Source: Clostridia bacterium (GTDB lineage: Bacteria; Bacillota; Clostridia; Christensenellales; CAG-138). Taken from it: a stretch of DNA of 64,000 bases. How positions within the stretch are numbered: position 1 is the stretch's first letter; each line of letters opens with the position of its first letter. This document shows, piece by piece, positions 49,991-60,436 of the stretch. The notes under the pieces were generated by a model. It searched no databases. It saw nothing but the letters and a program-made list of their open reading frames with translations, and was not told the DNA's origin. Both the position numbers and the translations under genes were made by a program. The stretch spans positions 11,369 through 75,368 of the forward strand of contig JAFPXD010000062.1 of NCBI GenBank assembly GCA_017394835.1, read 5' to 3'.

Positions 49991-51940
49991 ATGTCCGTAT
50001 CCGAATCTTCCGGCATGGCGGAATACATAAAAGCCAACCGTCTTGCACTGAAAGAAAAAAAGGCCCTTGAGGCCCGCGGGCTCTGCCCCAACCCCGCCGT
50101 GCTCGACGCCCTGTTCCCCGAGGCGGCGCACCTTTCCGGCGTGGATCTGCCCGTGATCGAAATACCCGCCGACCGTATCGCAGGCGCAGTCTCGGCGGGC
50201 AGGGTGAGCGCGTTTTCCGCTTCGTTCCTGCCGCTGCCCGAGCCCAATACCGAGTTCGGCTCGAAATGGATCGCGCTGTGCGAGGCGCATCTTTCCGACA
50301 CGGGCATACGCGAGCCGGTCGACTGCGTCGAATACTTGGGCAGCTTCTACGTGAAGGAGGGCAACAAGCGCGTGAGCGTGCTCAGGTATTTCGGCGCGGT
50401 AAGGATCTCGGCAAGGGTGAGAAGGCTGCTGCCGCCGCGCACGGGCGCGCCCCGAACGGAGGCGTATTACGAGTTCCTCGATTTTTACGGGCAGACCGGG
50501 ATATACGACATACAGTTCACAAGGCCCGGCGAATACGCGCGCCTTGCGGCTGCCCTGGGGAAAAAGCCGGACGCGGAATGGACCGAAAGGGAGAGCAGGC
50601 AGCTTGCTTCCGTATTCCACGGCTTCAAGGAAGCGTTCGCCTCGCTCACGGAAAACGACCGGACGGCGGACGCGGAGGACGCGTTCATGCTGTTTTTGAA
50701 GGCCTACTCCTATGAGCAGCTTGCCGATATGTCCCCGCAGGAGCTTAAAAAAGCGCTCGCGGCCATTTGGAACGACGTAAAGACCTCCTCCGAGCCGGAG
50801 AGCCTCACAGTAAAAACGGCGGCGGAGGACGGCGAGAAGAAGGGCGTCATATCGAAGCTCATATCCATACTGCCGAAGCATCTCGATATCGCGTTCATCT
50901 ATCAGGGCGACGCGCAGAGCAGCGCGTGGACGCGCGGCCATGCGGAGGGCGCCGCTTATCTTAAAAACGCGCTCGCGGGGAGCGTGACCGTTAAGGAATA
51001 CTGCCATGCGGACACGCCGGAGGACGCGGACGCCGTTATAGCCGAGGCCGTGCGGGAAGGCTCCGACCTCGTTTTCACCACCACTCCCCCGCTGCTCGGC
51101 ACCTCGCTCAAGGCGGCGGTCAAATACCCGAAGACCGCCTTCTACAACTGCTCCGCCTGCCAGCCGCTTTCAAGCATCAAAAGCTATTACTGCCGCACCT
51201 ACGAGGGCAAATTCATAACGGGCGTTATCGCGGGCGCTTTGGCGGAAAACGATCTCGTGGGCTATATAGGCTCCTACCCGATAATGGGCGTGCCCGCTTC
51301 GATAAACGCGTTCGCTCTCGGAGTCGGCATGACAAATCCGAGGGCAAAAATACTGCTCGAGTGGAGCTGTACGGAGATCGACTGCGTGAAGAAGCTGCGC
51401 GGCAGGGGCGTTCGGGTGATATCGAACCGCGATATCCCCACCCCCGACGCGAGCTATCTCAGTCACGGCTATTACGGCACCTTTGTTTTGGACGAAAACG
51501 GAGAGCCCCTGCCCGCGGCCTCGCCCGTATGGATGTGGGGCAGGCTTTATGAAAGCATAGTGCGCCAGATACTCTCCGGCGCCGCCGATAAAAAGGAGCT
51601 TGCCGTAAACTACTGGCTCGGGATGGATTCCGGCGTCATCGACGCCGCGGTATCGGAGAACGTGCCGGAGGGCGTGAGAAGGCTTGCCGGCATCCTTGCG
51701 GAAAGGCTCCGCGCGGGTAAGCTCGACATATTCGCCCAAAGGCTCGCCGCGCAGGACGGAAGCCTTATTTCGGACGGAGCCGCCCCGCTCACCTCGCTGG
51801 AGATACTGAAGATGGATAAGCTCGCGGCTTCCGTAGAGGGGCATATCCCCGGATACGACGAGCTGCTCCCCCTCTCCCGCCCGCTCGTGCGCTCGCTCGG
51901 GATCTACAGGGAAAAGCTGCCGCCCGAGCTTCGGGAGTGA
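49991..51940 (+). CDS. Cytoplasmic ParB/Srx-like plus BMP (nucleoside-binding) domain protein
   Basis: FYVKEGNKRVSV ParB-like motif at the N-terminus; BMP fold (WTRGH, YEGKF, INAFALG); no signal peptide. Confidence 0.75.
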   Translation: MSVSESSGMAEYIKANRLALKEKKALEARGLCPNPAVLDALFPEAAHLSGVDLPVIEIPADRIAGAVSAGRVSAFSASFLPLPEPNTEFGSKWIALCEAHLSDTGIREPVDCVEYLGSFYVKEGNKRVSVLRYFGAVRISARVRRLLPPRTGAPRTEAYYEFLDFYGQTGIYDIQFTRPGEYARLAAALGKKPDAEWTERESRQLASVFHGFKEAFASLTENDRTADAEDAFMLFLKAYSYEQLADMSPQELKKALAAIWNDVKTSSEPESLTVKTAAEDGEKKGVISKLISILPKHLDIAFIYQGDAQSSAWTRGHAEGAAYLKNALAGSVTVKEYCHADTPEDADAVIAEAVREGSDLVFTTTPPLLGTSLKAAVKYPKTAFYNCSACQPLSSIKSYYCRTYEGKFITGVIAGALAENDLVGYIGSYPIMGVPASINAFALGVGMTNPRAKILLEWSCTEIDCVKKLRGRGVRVISNRDIPTPDASYLSHGYYGTFVLDENGEPLPAASPVWMWGRLYESIVRQILSGAADKKELAVNYWLGMDSGVIDAAVSENVPEGVRRLAGILAERLRAGKLDIFAQRLAAQDGSLISDGAAPLTSLEILKMDKLAASVEGHIPGYDELLPLSRPLVRSLGIYREKLPPELRE

Positions 51941-51948
51941 CCGATCTT

Positions 51949-52310
51949 ATGAAAATACTTGCCGTTTCCGATCACGAAGCTCCCGCTCTCTGGGATCACT
52001 ACATCCCCGGCAGGCTCGACAGCTACGACTTGATCCTTGCCTGCGGAGACTTGAAGGCGGAGTATCTCACCTTTCTCGTCACCATGAGCCATGCGCGCCT
52101 CCTGTACGTGCACGGGAATCACGACGGCGGTTATGCCCTGCGCCCGCCGGAGGGCTGCGACGATATCGACGGCAGGCTCGTCGTGTATAACGGCGTGCGC
52201 ATACTCGGCCTCGGCGGCTGCCTTTGGTACCGCGAGGGACCGCATCAATACACCGAAAAGCAGATGCGGCGGCGGATCCGGCGCCTGAAGCGTTCCATAA
52301 GGCGTGTGGG
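51949..52310 (+). pseudogene. Metallophosphoesterase, 3'-truncated
   Basis: AVSDHE, ACGDL, VHGNHD present; later THAP/HGH motifs absent. Confidence 0.8.
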
Positions 52311-52622
52311 CGTCAGCGCATCTCGATCGCCCGTGCGCTCTTAAAAGACGCGTCGATCGTGCTTTTAGACGAGGCGACGGCTTCGCTTGACGTGGAAAAC
52401 GAAACCAAGGTGCAGGGCGCGCTTTCGCATCTGCTCGCGGGCAAGACCGTTCTTGTCATCGCCCACCGTATGCGCACCGTCGAGGCGGCGGACAAGATCG
52501 TCGTGCTGAAGGACGGTAAAGTCGCGGAAGAGGGTTCGCCGAAAGAGCTTTACGAAAACGAGGACGGCATTTTCCGCCGCATGGCGGATCTCCAGTCCGC
52601 AAGCGCCTCGTGGAGCGTGTAA
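52311..52622 (+). pseudogene. C-terminal remnant of an ABC transporter ATPase
   Basis: RQRISIARAL, LLDEATASLD, IAHR; no Walker A or start. Confidence 0.85.
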
Positions 52623-52666
52623 CGATCCGGGACTGTTAATTCAATAAACTGCGGAGGATTTGTAAA

Positions 52667-52918
52667 TTGGAAAAGATCACGGTAAAGATCGAAGGCATGA
52701 TGTGCGGCATGTGCGAGGCGCATATTCAGGACACGATAAGGACTGCGTTCCCTTCCGCGAAGAAGGTTAAGGCCTCAAGGGCGCGCGGAGAAGCGACTTT
52801 CCTAATAGAAGGCGGCTTCGACGAAGCAAAGCTCAAAAAAGCCGTGGAGGACACGGGCTATACCTTTGTTTCCGTAACTTCGGAGGAATACAAAAAGCGC
52901 GGGCTGTTCGGGATGTAA
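52667..52918 (+). CDS. Heavy-metal-associated (CopZ-like) domain protein
   Basis: IEGMMCGMCEAH; TTG start after GGAGG. Confidence 0.85.
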   Translation: MEKITVKIEGMMCGMCEAHIQDTIRTAFPSAKKVKASRARGEATFLIEGGFDEAKLKKAVEDTGYTFVSVTSEEYKKRGLFGM

Positions 52919-53015
52919 TAATGGCAAGGAAGGATTCCGATAATCAAAAGAAGTTTCGGTTCCAAATACGGCGGGCGGAGGTTCCTCCGCCCGCCGAAGG
53001 GCTTTCAAGCCGGGA

Positions 53016-54998
53016 TCACAGATCGCCCATGCCGAGCGCATAGCGGAACACCATGAGCGCGTCGGCGGCGTCGACGAGTCCGTCGCCCGTCACGTCGGCG
53101 TTATCGAACGCGGGCAGGGAATCCTCGAGCCCGAGCGCGTAACGGAATATGAGCAGCGCGTCCACCGAATCCACAGCGCCGCTGCCGTTCGCGTCGCCGG
53201 GGAGCCCGGGCAGAGCGTCCCCGCTGTAGCTCACGTTGTCAACGTATCCGCAGTCGTCAAGGGCGTGGACGCTGGCGTCCTTCTTGTAGCGCCACTCAAA
53301 GGTGTAGGTGCCGCTGCTCGGGGCGGTGAAAACCTTGGTCTCCCAATCCGGAGCGCCGGAGATCTGGCTGCCCTGGAGCTGATTGTTCACATAGAAGCCG
53401 AGCTTATCGTAGTTTTCGCTCGATACCTTCCAATCGAAGGTAAGGGTCTCGCCCGCCTCCATATCGAGGACGAGCTTGAGCGTAGAGGTCGAATTGTTGA
53501 CCCCCTTGTTGCCGGACTTTGCCGCGAGCCTGCCCTCGACAAGCACCGTCTGCCAGGGCGTGCCCGAGGAGGTGAATGCAAGGCTCCCGCCCTCGACGTT
53601 AAGCGCATCGCTTATGGGCGGCAGGGGTATTATGTTGACGGAGCAGTATGCGCGGCCGGCGTTCGCGCCGTTTACAAGCACGTCGCAGAAGACCCTTGTC
53701 GAGCCTATCGTCTCGCCCGTTATGCGGACAACGTTGTCATTGCCTATGACCGTCGCCGTGCTCTCGTTTTCGCTGTGCCATACGAGATCGTAGTTGTTGG
53801 CGTTTTCGGGCACGCGCTCAAAGCGCACGGCGGAGGAGGTGCCCACATAGATATCGATGTCGGAGGGGGCAAGGCTGTAGCTCTGAAGCTCAACGGGATC
53901 GACCTCCGCGCCGAAGAGCTTCCAGTCGCAGTGAACGGTCTGGTGACTGTCGGGATTGGAGGGATAGGGATCGACGGGACTCATCACAATGGGGTAAGCC
54001 GCACCGCTCGAGGAGCTCATGAGGGGGTCCCAGTTGCCGAGCTCCGCCGTCATTGCGTTGAAAGCCTCCGCGACGGTCGTGTCGTTATACTTCATGTTGT
54101 TCCAGAAATGCGTTTCGTAGCGGTATTCGCCGCCGAAGGTCACGGTCTGGGAATAGCCGTAAACACAGCCCGCGCCCGCGCGCAGCAGCGCCGCGCCCGT
54201 CTCGCCGTGATTGCTCCTTATCATGCCCTCACAGAAGGCCATCCAAACTATGCTGTTGGGCAGACTGCGGGCAACGTGATGCTCGATGTATCTTCCGTCA
54301 ATATAAGCGGAATTGCTGCCGGAGCTGGAGGCCCAGCCGTTCTGATAATCCTCGGAGGTGATGCCCGCGTCCGTCGTCAGCGCAAGATACCCGTCCGCGC
54401 CGTGCGAATCCATGAGCACAACGCCCGCGTCGGGCATTGCCGCCGCTATGTTGGGCCCGGTCGCGTTGGAGGTGGAGAGGATAGTGCACCTGCCGCCCGT
54501 CGCCTCGGCTATGGAAGCGGCTTCATTGGGATACTGATTGGTGAAGTTTGCGTCCTGCCCGTAAAACGGCCCTATGAGCAGAACGTTCAGCTCCTCCGCG
54601 CCGTTCATCGCCGCGAAGGCCTCCGTGATATCGGCGAGCAGCTCGTGATCGACAGCGGATACGTGCGGCGTATTGCGGTTTTTATAGTTGTAATTGCAGA
54701 GCATCCCGCTGACTCTGAACGTGAAGCCGTCTTTGCGGATGGAGCTCACGCTCCCCGCGTCCACGAGCGGGCTCGATACGGCGGCGCTGCGGACGGCTTC
54801 CGTGACCTCGCCTTTGTCGGCGCCGGAGCTCATGCGCTCGCTCTCGACCGCGTCAAGCTCATACCAGACCTTGTCGAGCAGGCCGAGCATGGCCTTTTCA
54901 CGCGCAGAGTCGGCGATCCCCTTCGCAAGCCCCGAAGGCGCCGTCAGCACAAGCAGAAGAACGGTCAAAAGGATACAGATAATGCGTTTTGTTTTCAT
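53016..54998 (-). CDS. Secreted dockerin-bearing protein with putative clan-CD-like peptidase and Ig-like domains
   Basis: Signal peptide; DSHG...MAFCE possible His/Cys dyad; C-terminal duplicated GDANGSGAVDSVDAL / ADVTGDGLVDAADAL dockerin. Confidence 0.78.
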   Translation of the reverse strand: MKTKRIICILLTVLLLVLTAPSGLAKGIADSAREKAMLGLLDKVWYELDAVESERMSSGADKGEVTEAVRSAAVSSPLVDAGSVSSIRKDGFTFRVSGMLCNYNYKNRNTPHVSAVDHELLADITEAFAAMNGAEELNVLLIGPFYGQDANFTNQYPNEAASIAEATGGRCTILSTSNATGPNIAAAMPDAGVVLMDSHGADGYLALTTDAGITSEDYQNGWASSSGSNSAYIDGRYIEHHVARSLPNSIVWMAFCEGMIRSNHGETGAALLRAGAGCVYGYSQTVTFGGEYRYETHFWNNMKYNDTTVAEAFNAMTAELGNWDPLMSSSSGAAYPIVMSPVDPYPSNPDSHQTVHCDWKLFGAEVDPVELQSYSLAPSDIDIYVGTSSAVRFERVPENANNYDLVWHSENESTATVIGNDNVVRITGETIGSTRVFCDVLVNGANAGRAYCSVNIIPLPPISDALNVEGGSLAFTSSGTPWQTVLVEGRLAAKSGNKGVNNSTSTLKLVLDMEAGETLTFDWKVSSENYDKLGFYVNNQLQGSQISGAPDWETKVFTAPSSGTYTFEWRYKKDASVHALDDCGYVDNVSYSGDALPGLPGDANGSGAVDSVDALLIFRYALGLEDSLPAFDNADVTGDGLVDAADALMVFRYALGMGDL

Positions 54999-55424
54999 TG
55001 CGAGACACCTCCCGAAACGGAAAAAACCGTTTGATTTTATATATTCTCATACGGATAGTTTAGCACACAACCGATGCCCTGTCAAGATTTGCGCCGCGGT
55101 GCAGCCCGCGCGCGGTGTTTTGGTACAATAGATAGGTAACAGAAAATGATACAAAAAGGGGATCTCAGCCACGCTTCATTCACGGTCTATATCGAAGCCG
55201 TGAACGAGGTATTCCGGAAGCGTGCGGACTGCGGCCGTCCGTAAAGCCGGCAGCGAAAAGGGTCTTTCAAAACAGCGTATAACGGAACGAAACTGCGCGA
55301 TTTACGAAAAGCTCACGAAGGCTTTCGTATGGATCGCCGCAGTTTTTTGCCTTTTTGGCCGTTGAAACGGGAGTAAAAACCCGATATAATAATACCCGGA
55401 AAAAGCTCATGGAGGAGCGGCGGT

Positions 55425-56123
55425 ATGAGTCCCGAAAAGAAACGCATCTATATAGCGGACGATGATGAAAGCATAAGGCAGGTCATAAGGACCTTCCTCA
55501 AAAACGACGGCTATCTGACAGAGGACTTCCCCACGGGGGACGCCCTTTACGAAAGGTTTGAAGCCGAGCCCTGCGATCTTGTGATACTGGACGTAATGAT
55601 GCCCGGTTCGGACGGCTTTGCGATCCTCACGAAGCTCCGTAAGATCAGTACGGTCCCCGTGATAATGCTGACGGCAAGGGATTCGGAAAACGATCTTGCC
55701 ATGGGTCTGGGCCTCGGCAGCGACGATTACATCACGAAGCCCTTTTCCGCAATGGCGCTGCTCATGCGCGTACGGGCGATATTCAGAAGGATCGAATTCG
55801 AAAGCGCGAAATTCAGACCCGTTCAAAGCGAAACGCGCTTCGGAAGGCTGAACCTCGACGAAGCCTCCCGCTCTGTACTGCTCGATAAGGAGCCCCTGCC
55901 CCTCACCCCCACGGAATACGGCGTGCTGCGCGACCTCATGCTGCACCCGGGCGAGGCGGTCTCACGCGAGGAGCTGCTGAACCGCATCTGGGGCTTTGAA
56001 TCCGCAGTGGAAACTCGCGCGACGGACGATACCGTAAGGAGGCTCCGCCAAAAGCTGGAAGGGAGCGGCGTAAGGATCGCGGCGGTCTGGGGCTACGGCT
56101 TCCGCCTTGAGGAAGACAAATGA
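55425..56123 (+). CDS. OmpR-family response regulator
   Basis: IADDD, LDVMMP, DDYITKPF, winged-helix VWGYGF. Confidence 0.95.
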   Translation: MSPEKKRIYIADDDESIRQVIRTFLKNDGYLTEDFPTGDALYERFEAEPCDLVILDVMMPGSDGFAILTKLRKISTVPVIMLTARDSENDLAMGLGLGSDDYITKPFSAMALLMRVRAIFRRIEFESAKFRPVQSETRFGRLNLDEASRSVLLDKEPLPLTPTEYGVLRDLMLHPGEAVSREELLNRIWGFESAVETRATDDTVRRLRQKLEGSGVRIAAVWGYGFRLEEDK

Positions 56124-57460
56124 AGAAGCATACGCTGAAAACAAGACTGCTGATAACGCTCGTCGGCGTCACCTGCGCGGCGCTCGTTATAGTCGCGCTC
56201 GCATTCAATCTTTCGGTGCGCGGATACATAGACGCGCGCGTCAGATCGCAGCTTGAAGCAATATCGTCCTCCGTATCGGACGAGCGGCAGGGCGGCCCCT
56301 TAAGCCCTTCCTTTGACGACCGCCCCGACAGAGTGACCGGCGCCCGCGGCAACGCGCTCATATTGAGCTCGGAAGGCGAGCTCATAGTCGTGCTGCACGG
56401 CGACGCGGATACCGCCGCCTTCATTGCCGAAAGCCTCGGCTCCGGCAAGCTGACCGTCGGCGGCAAATACACCGTGCTCACCGCCGAAAACGGCACCTAC
56501 GCCGTGACTCTTTCGGAAGATCCGGTGCTCAAAAACGCATATATCGCCTCGTTCATTGACATAACCGCCATAACGGGGCTCGCCTCGCGCATGAATATAA
56601 TACTGATCGCGGTGATAGCCGCGGCGATAATAATATGCTTTGTATTGAGCCGCCTGTTCGCAAAGTCGCTCGCAAAGCCCGTGCAGAGCCTTTCGGAATA
56701 CGCGAAGGACATTGGCGAGGGCGATCTCGAGCCGAGGGAATTCGATTATAAGGAGGCGGAATTCGCCGGTCTTGCCGATTCCATGAACCGCATGGCTGCA
56801 GCCCTTAAGGAATCGAAGAGCCGCCAGGAGGTGTTCTTCCAGAACGTATCGCACGAGCTGCGCACGCCGCTCACCTCCATACGCGGCAACGCCGAGGGCA
56901 TAGTTTGCGGCGTGATGGAGCCGCAGGCCGCAGGCCGGACAATTATCCGCGAATCCGACCGCCTCACCTCCATGGTGGAGGATATTCTTTATATCTCGCG
57001 CATTGAAAAGACGAGCGGCGCTGAAAACGCCGAGCCCGCAGACCTGAGGGACGTGCTCTCGCTCTGCGTTTCGGAGCACAGGACGGAGGCGGAGAGCCGC
57101 GGGTTGGCCTTCTCCTTCGATTTTGACGAGGAGCCCGCGATGGTGCGCATACCCGAAAAGGACGCGGAGCGCATATTCGGGAACATCATTTCAAACGCTG
57201 TGCGCTATGCGAATGAAAGGATCTGCCTTTCCTGCCACGATACGGGCGAGGGCGTGACGATCCGCATTTGCGACGACGGCCCCGGCATACCCGAAAAGGA
57301 TCTTCCGCACGTATTCGAAAGGTTCTATAAGGGCGAGGGCGGCAAGCACGGCATAGGACTTTCCATCGCGAAGGAAGCGGCGGAGGCCTACGGCGGGAGC
57401 CTCACGGCGGAAAACGGCCCCGGAGCGGTGTTCACCGCGGTATTCCCGAAAGCGTTATAA
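56120..57460 (+). CDS. Sensor histidine kinase (HAMP)
   Basis: SHELRTPL H-box, NAVRY N-box, DDGPG, GIGLSI. Confidence 0.95.
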   Translation: MKKHTLKTRLLITLVGVTCAALVIVALAFNLSVRGYIDARVRSQLEAISSSVSDERQGGPLSPSFDDRPDRVTGARGNALILSSEGELIVVLHGDADTAAFIAESLGSGKLTVGGKYTVLTAENGTYAVTLSEDPVLKNAYIASFIDITAITGLASRMNIILIAVIAAAIIICFVLSRLFAKSLAKPVQSLSEYAKDIGEGDLEPREFDYKEAEFAGLADSMNRMAAALKESKSRQEVFFQNVSHELRTPLTSIRGNAEGIVCGVMEPQAAGRTIIRESDRLTSMVEDILYISRIEKTSGAENAEPADLRDVLSLCVSEHRTEAESRGLAFSFDFDEEPAMVRIPEKDAERIFGNIISNAVRYANERICLSCHDTGEGVTIRICDDGPGIPEKDLPHVFERFYKGEGGKHGIGLSIAKEAAEAYGGSLTAENGPGAVFTAVFPKAL

Positions 57461-57603
57461 ACGAATATGAAGCCCTGAGCCTTGGCGGCGCCGCCAAGGC
57501 TCTTTTCGTATTTTTTGCGTATTTTTCGCAATAGTTTTTCGGAGATGCGGCGCCCGGGATCGGCTATAATGGGCTCAACAAAAAGAAACAGGAGGCGTTC
57601 AAA

Positions 57604-58863
57604 ATGAAACTCACGAATAAAAGGATCCTTCCCATTCTGATCGCATTGGCGGTCATGTTCTCGCTGCTTATGCTCACCGCGTGCAGCGGCACGGCGGGAA
57701 GCGCCGCAAGCGTTTCATTCGGCTCCGGAACGGCGCTGGCCGCTCCCGCGGAAAACGGCTCCTCCGCCGTATCGTCCGCAGCTTCAGCCGATACCGAAAG
57801 CATTGCGGAAGACGCCTTTTCAAAGAGAGACCTTTCGGGCGATTACGATACCGAAGAAGCAGTTTCGATCTCTCTTGATGAAGCGGGCTCCGACGTTGTC
57901 ATATCGGAGGCCGGCGTCTATATCCTGACGGGCTCCCTCGCAAACGGCAGCGTGATAGTTGACGCGGCCGATGAGGATAAGATACAGCTCGTGCTCGACG
58001 GAGCAAGCATCAGCTCCGATACCTACGCCGCGATATACGTCAAGCAGGCCGATAAGGTGTTCATCACATTGGCGGAAGGCTCCGAAAACGAGCTTTCAAA
58101 CAGCGGATCGTTCGTGCAGAGGGACGATAACAACGTGGATGGAGTTATATTCTCAAAGGACGATCTCACGATAAACGGCACGGGCCGGCTCACGATAACG
58201 TCCCCTTCGGAGCACGGCATAGTCTGCAAGGATGAGCTCGTGATCGCAGGCGGCACGATCTCCGTCACGGCGGGGGCTCACGGCATACAGGCAAAGGACG
58301 GCATCGCGGTTTCGGACGGAAGCATCACCATCCGCGCCGGCAAGGACGGCCTGCACGCGGAAAACGACGAGGACGATACCCTCGGCACGATCTATATCAC
58401 CGGCGGCAGCTATAACGTAAACGTCGGGGACGACGGCTTCCACGCGGAGTCCCTGCTCAGAATAGACGGAGGCTCCTTCGAGATCACCGCGGCAGAGGGG
58501 CTTGAAGCGACCTACGTGCTCATAAACGACGGCAAGATCACTATCTCCGCCTCGGACGACGGCATAAACGCGGCGAGAAGATCCACCGCCTATACTCCCA
58601 CGGTCGAGATAAACGGCGGCAGCCTCAATATCTCGATGGGTCAGGGCGATACCGACGGCGTCGACGCCAACGGCAGCCTGATCATCATGGGCGGCGAGAT
58701 CAGCATCACAGGCAATTCGGCCTTCGATTACGACGGCTCCGTGACCTGGACGGGCGGCACAATAACAGTAAACGGTCAGCAGCAGACCGAGATCACTAAC
58801 CAGATGATGGGCGGCCCCGGCGGCATGGGCGGTCAGCCCGGCTTCGGCGGAAGGCGCCGCTGA
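57604..58863 (+). CDS. Lipoprotein with a Cthe_2159-like beta-helix carbohydrate-binding domain
   Basis: Lipobox LTAC; repeated DGxHA / DDGINA / I.GG motifs. Confidence 0.8.
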   Translation: MKLTNKRILPILIALAVMFSLLMLTACSGTAGSAASVSFGSGTALAAPAENGSSAVSSAASADTESIAEDAFSKRDLSGDYDTEEAVSISLDEAGSDVVISEAGVYILTGSLANGSVIVDAADEDKIQLVLDGASISSDTYAAIYVKQADKVFITLAEGSENELSNSGSFVQRDDNNVDGVIFSKDDLTINGTGRLTITSPSEHGIVCKDELVIAGGTISVTAGAHGIQAKDGIAVSDGSITIRAGKDGLHAENDEDDTLGTIYITGGSYNVNVGDDGFHAESLLRIDGGSFEITAAEGLEATYVLINDGKITISASDDGINAARRSTAYTPTVEINGGSLNISMGQGDTDGVDANGSLIIMGGEISITGNSAFDYDGSVTWTGGTITVNGQQQTEITNQMMGGPGGMGGQPGFGGRRR

Positions 58864-58910
58864 AGACAAAGACCCGCAGCGAATAAAAGAAAATAAAGGA
58901 GGACAAAACC

Positions 58911-60260
58911 ATGTACGATAATGATATTTACCCCGAATTCAGCGCCGCCGAAGCGGCAAACGATACCCTCGCCGAAAGCACAAACACCCCCGCGAAAAAG
59001 CGCGGCAGAGGCAGAAAATTCCTCTCGATGCTGCTCTGCGGCCTCATATTCGGGGCCGCGGCGGCGGGAGCGTTCAAGGGAACGAGCTCGTTTCTGAACA
59101 GAGGGAGCGAGGCTCCGGCGGCGGTATCCGCAGAGACCGCCGCAGGCAGTTCCGAAAAGGAAACAGTTTCGAGCATCACCCCTGTCTCCTACACTTCGGC
59201 AGCCGCCAAAGCCTCGCAGACGCTTGACGTAAGCGAGATCGCCGAAGGCGCTATGCCCTCCATGGTCTCCATCACGAACATAAGCGTGCAGGAGGTCGAA
59301 AGCTATTTCGGCTTCTTCGGCAGAGGCGGGACCCAAACCCGCGAGATCACGAGCAGCGGCACGGGCATAATAATAGGCGAAAACGAAAGCGAGCTGCTTA
59401 TAGTCACCAACAACCACGTGATCGAGGGCGCGGAGACCCTCACCGTCTGCTTCATAGATAACGAGGCCTGCGAAGCCGTTGTAAAGGGCGCCGATCCCGA
59501 TAACGACCTTGCGGTGATAGCCGTCAAGCTCTCCGATATAAAGGAGGCGACCGCGGCAGTCATAAAGGCCGCCGTACTCGGCAATTCCGATGAGCTCAAG
59601 GTCGGTCAGCAAGTCGTGGCGATAGGCAACGCGCTGGGCTGCGGACAGTCCGTAACAACGGGCATAGTCAGCGCGCTCGGCAGAACGATAGATACCGCCG
59701 AGGCCGAAATGATCCAGACCGACGCCGCCATAAACCCCGGCAATTCCGGCGGCGCGCTGCTCAATATGAAAGGCGAGGTCGTGGGCATCAACTCCGCCAA
59801 GTTCAGCTCCACCGAGGTCGAGGGCATGGGCTACGCGATCTCCATCACCGACGCGCTCCCCATCATCGAGAGCCTCATGGACCGCGCCGCCCGCGAGATC
59901 GTATCGGATGAAAACGCCTCTTGGCTCGGGGTGAGCGGCGAGGACATAACCTCCTCCGTCTCCTCCGCCTACGGCGTCCCGCAGGGCGTATATCTGACCT
60001 ATATAGACGGCGAAAGCCCTTTAGGCAAGCTCGGCGTTACGGCAAAGAGCATCATCACCCACTTTGACGGGATCCGCGTGACGAGCATGGACGATCTCAA
60101 GAGCCTCATGAAATACTATGCCGCGGGCGAAACGGTGAATATCACGCTGCAGGCGCCCGAAGCAAACGGATACGCCGAAAAAACCGTTGAAGTCACGCTC
60201 GGGAGAGCCTCGGAGCACACCCGGACGGCAGAAGGATACGATCCCTTCGGCAATCACTGA
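58911..60260 (+). CDS. HtrA/DegP-like serine protease with PDZ domain
   Basis: TNNHV, DLAV, QTDAAINPGNSGG; N-terminal TM. Confidence 0.93.
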   Translation: MYDNDIYPEFSAAEAANDTLAESTNTPAKKRGRGRKFLSMLLCGLIFGAAAAGAFKGTSSFLNRGSEAPAAVSAETAAGSSEKETVSSITPVSYTSAAAKASQTLDVSEIAEGAMPSMVSITNISVQEVESYFGFFGRGGTQTREITSSGTGIIIGENESELLIVTNNHVIEGAETLTVCFIDNEACEAVVKGADPDNDLAVIAVKLSDIKEATAAVIKAAVLGNSDELKVGQQVVAIGNALGCGQSVTTGIVSALGRTIDTAEAEMIQTDAAINPGNSGGALLNMKGEVVGINSAKFSSTEVEGMGYAISITDALPIIESLMDRAAREIVSDENASWLGVSGEDITSSVSSAYGVPQGVYLTYIDGESPLGKLGVTAKSIITHFDGIRVTSMDDLKSLMKYYAAGETVNITLQAPEANGYAEKTVEVTLGRASEHTRTAEGYDPFGNH

Positions 60261-60436
60261 AAACATATATCCCACACCCCGATCATCCCTCCCGGAAAGG
60301 GGCCCGAAGCGCAGCGCTTCGGGCCTCTTTCATTTGTTTACGGCTTTTGCATTATTAATGATAGTATATTGACCCCCTCCGGCGGATGGGGTATAATTAT
60401 CTTATTATAAAAAAACAGGGATGGAGGTAACCCATT

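Noticed and set aside
53265-55034. 589-aa plus-strand ORF
   Set aside because: Antisense shadow of the dockerin protein in GC-rich DNA
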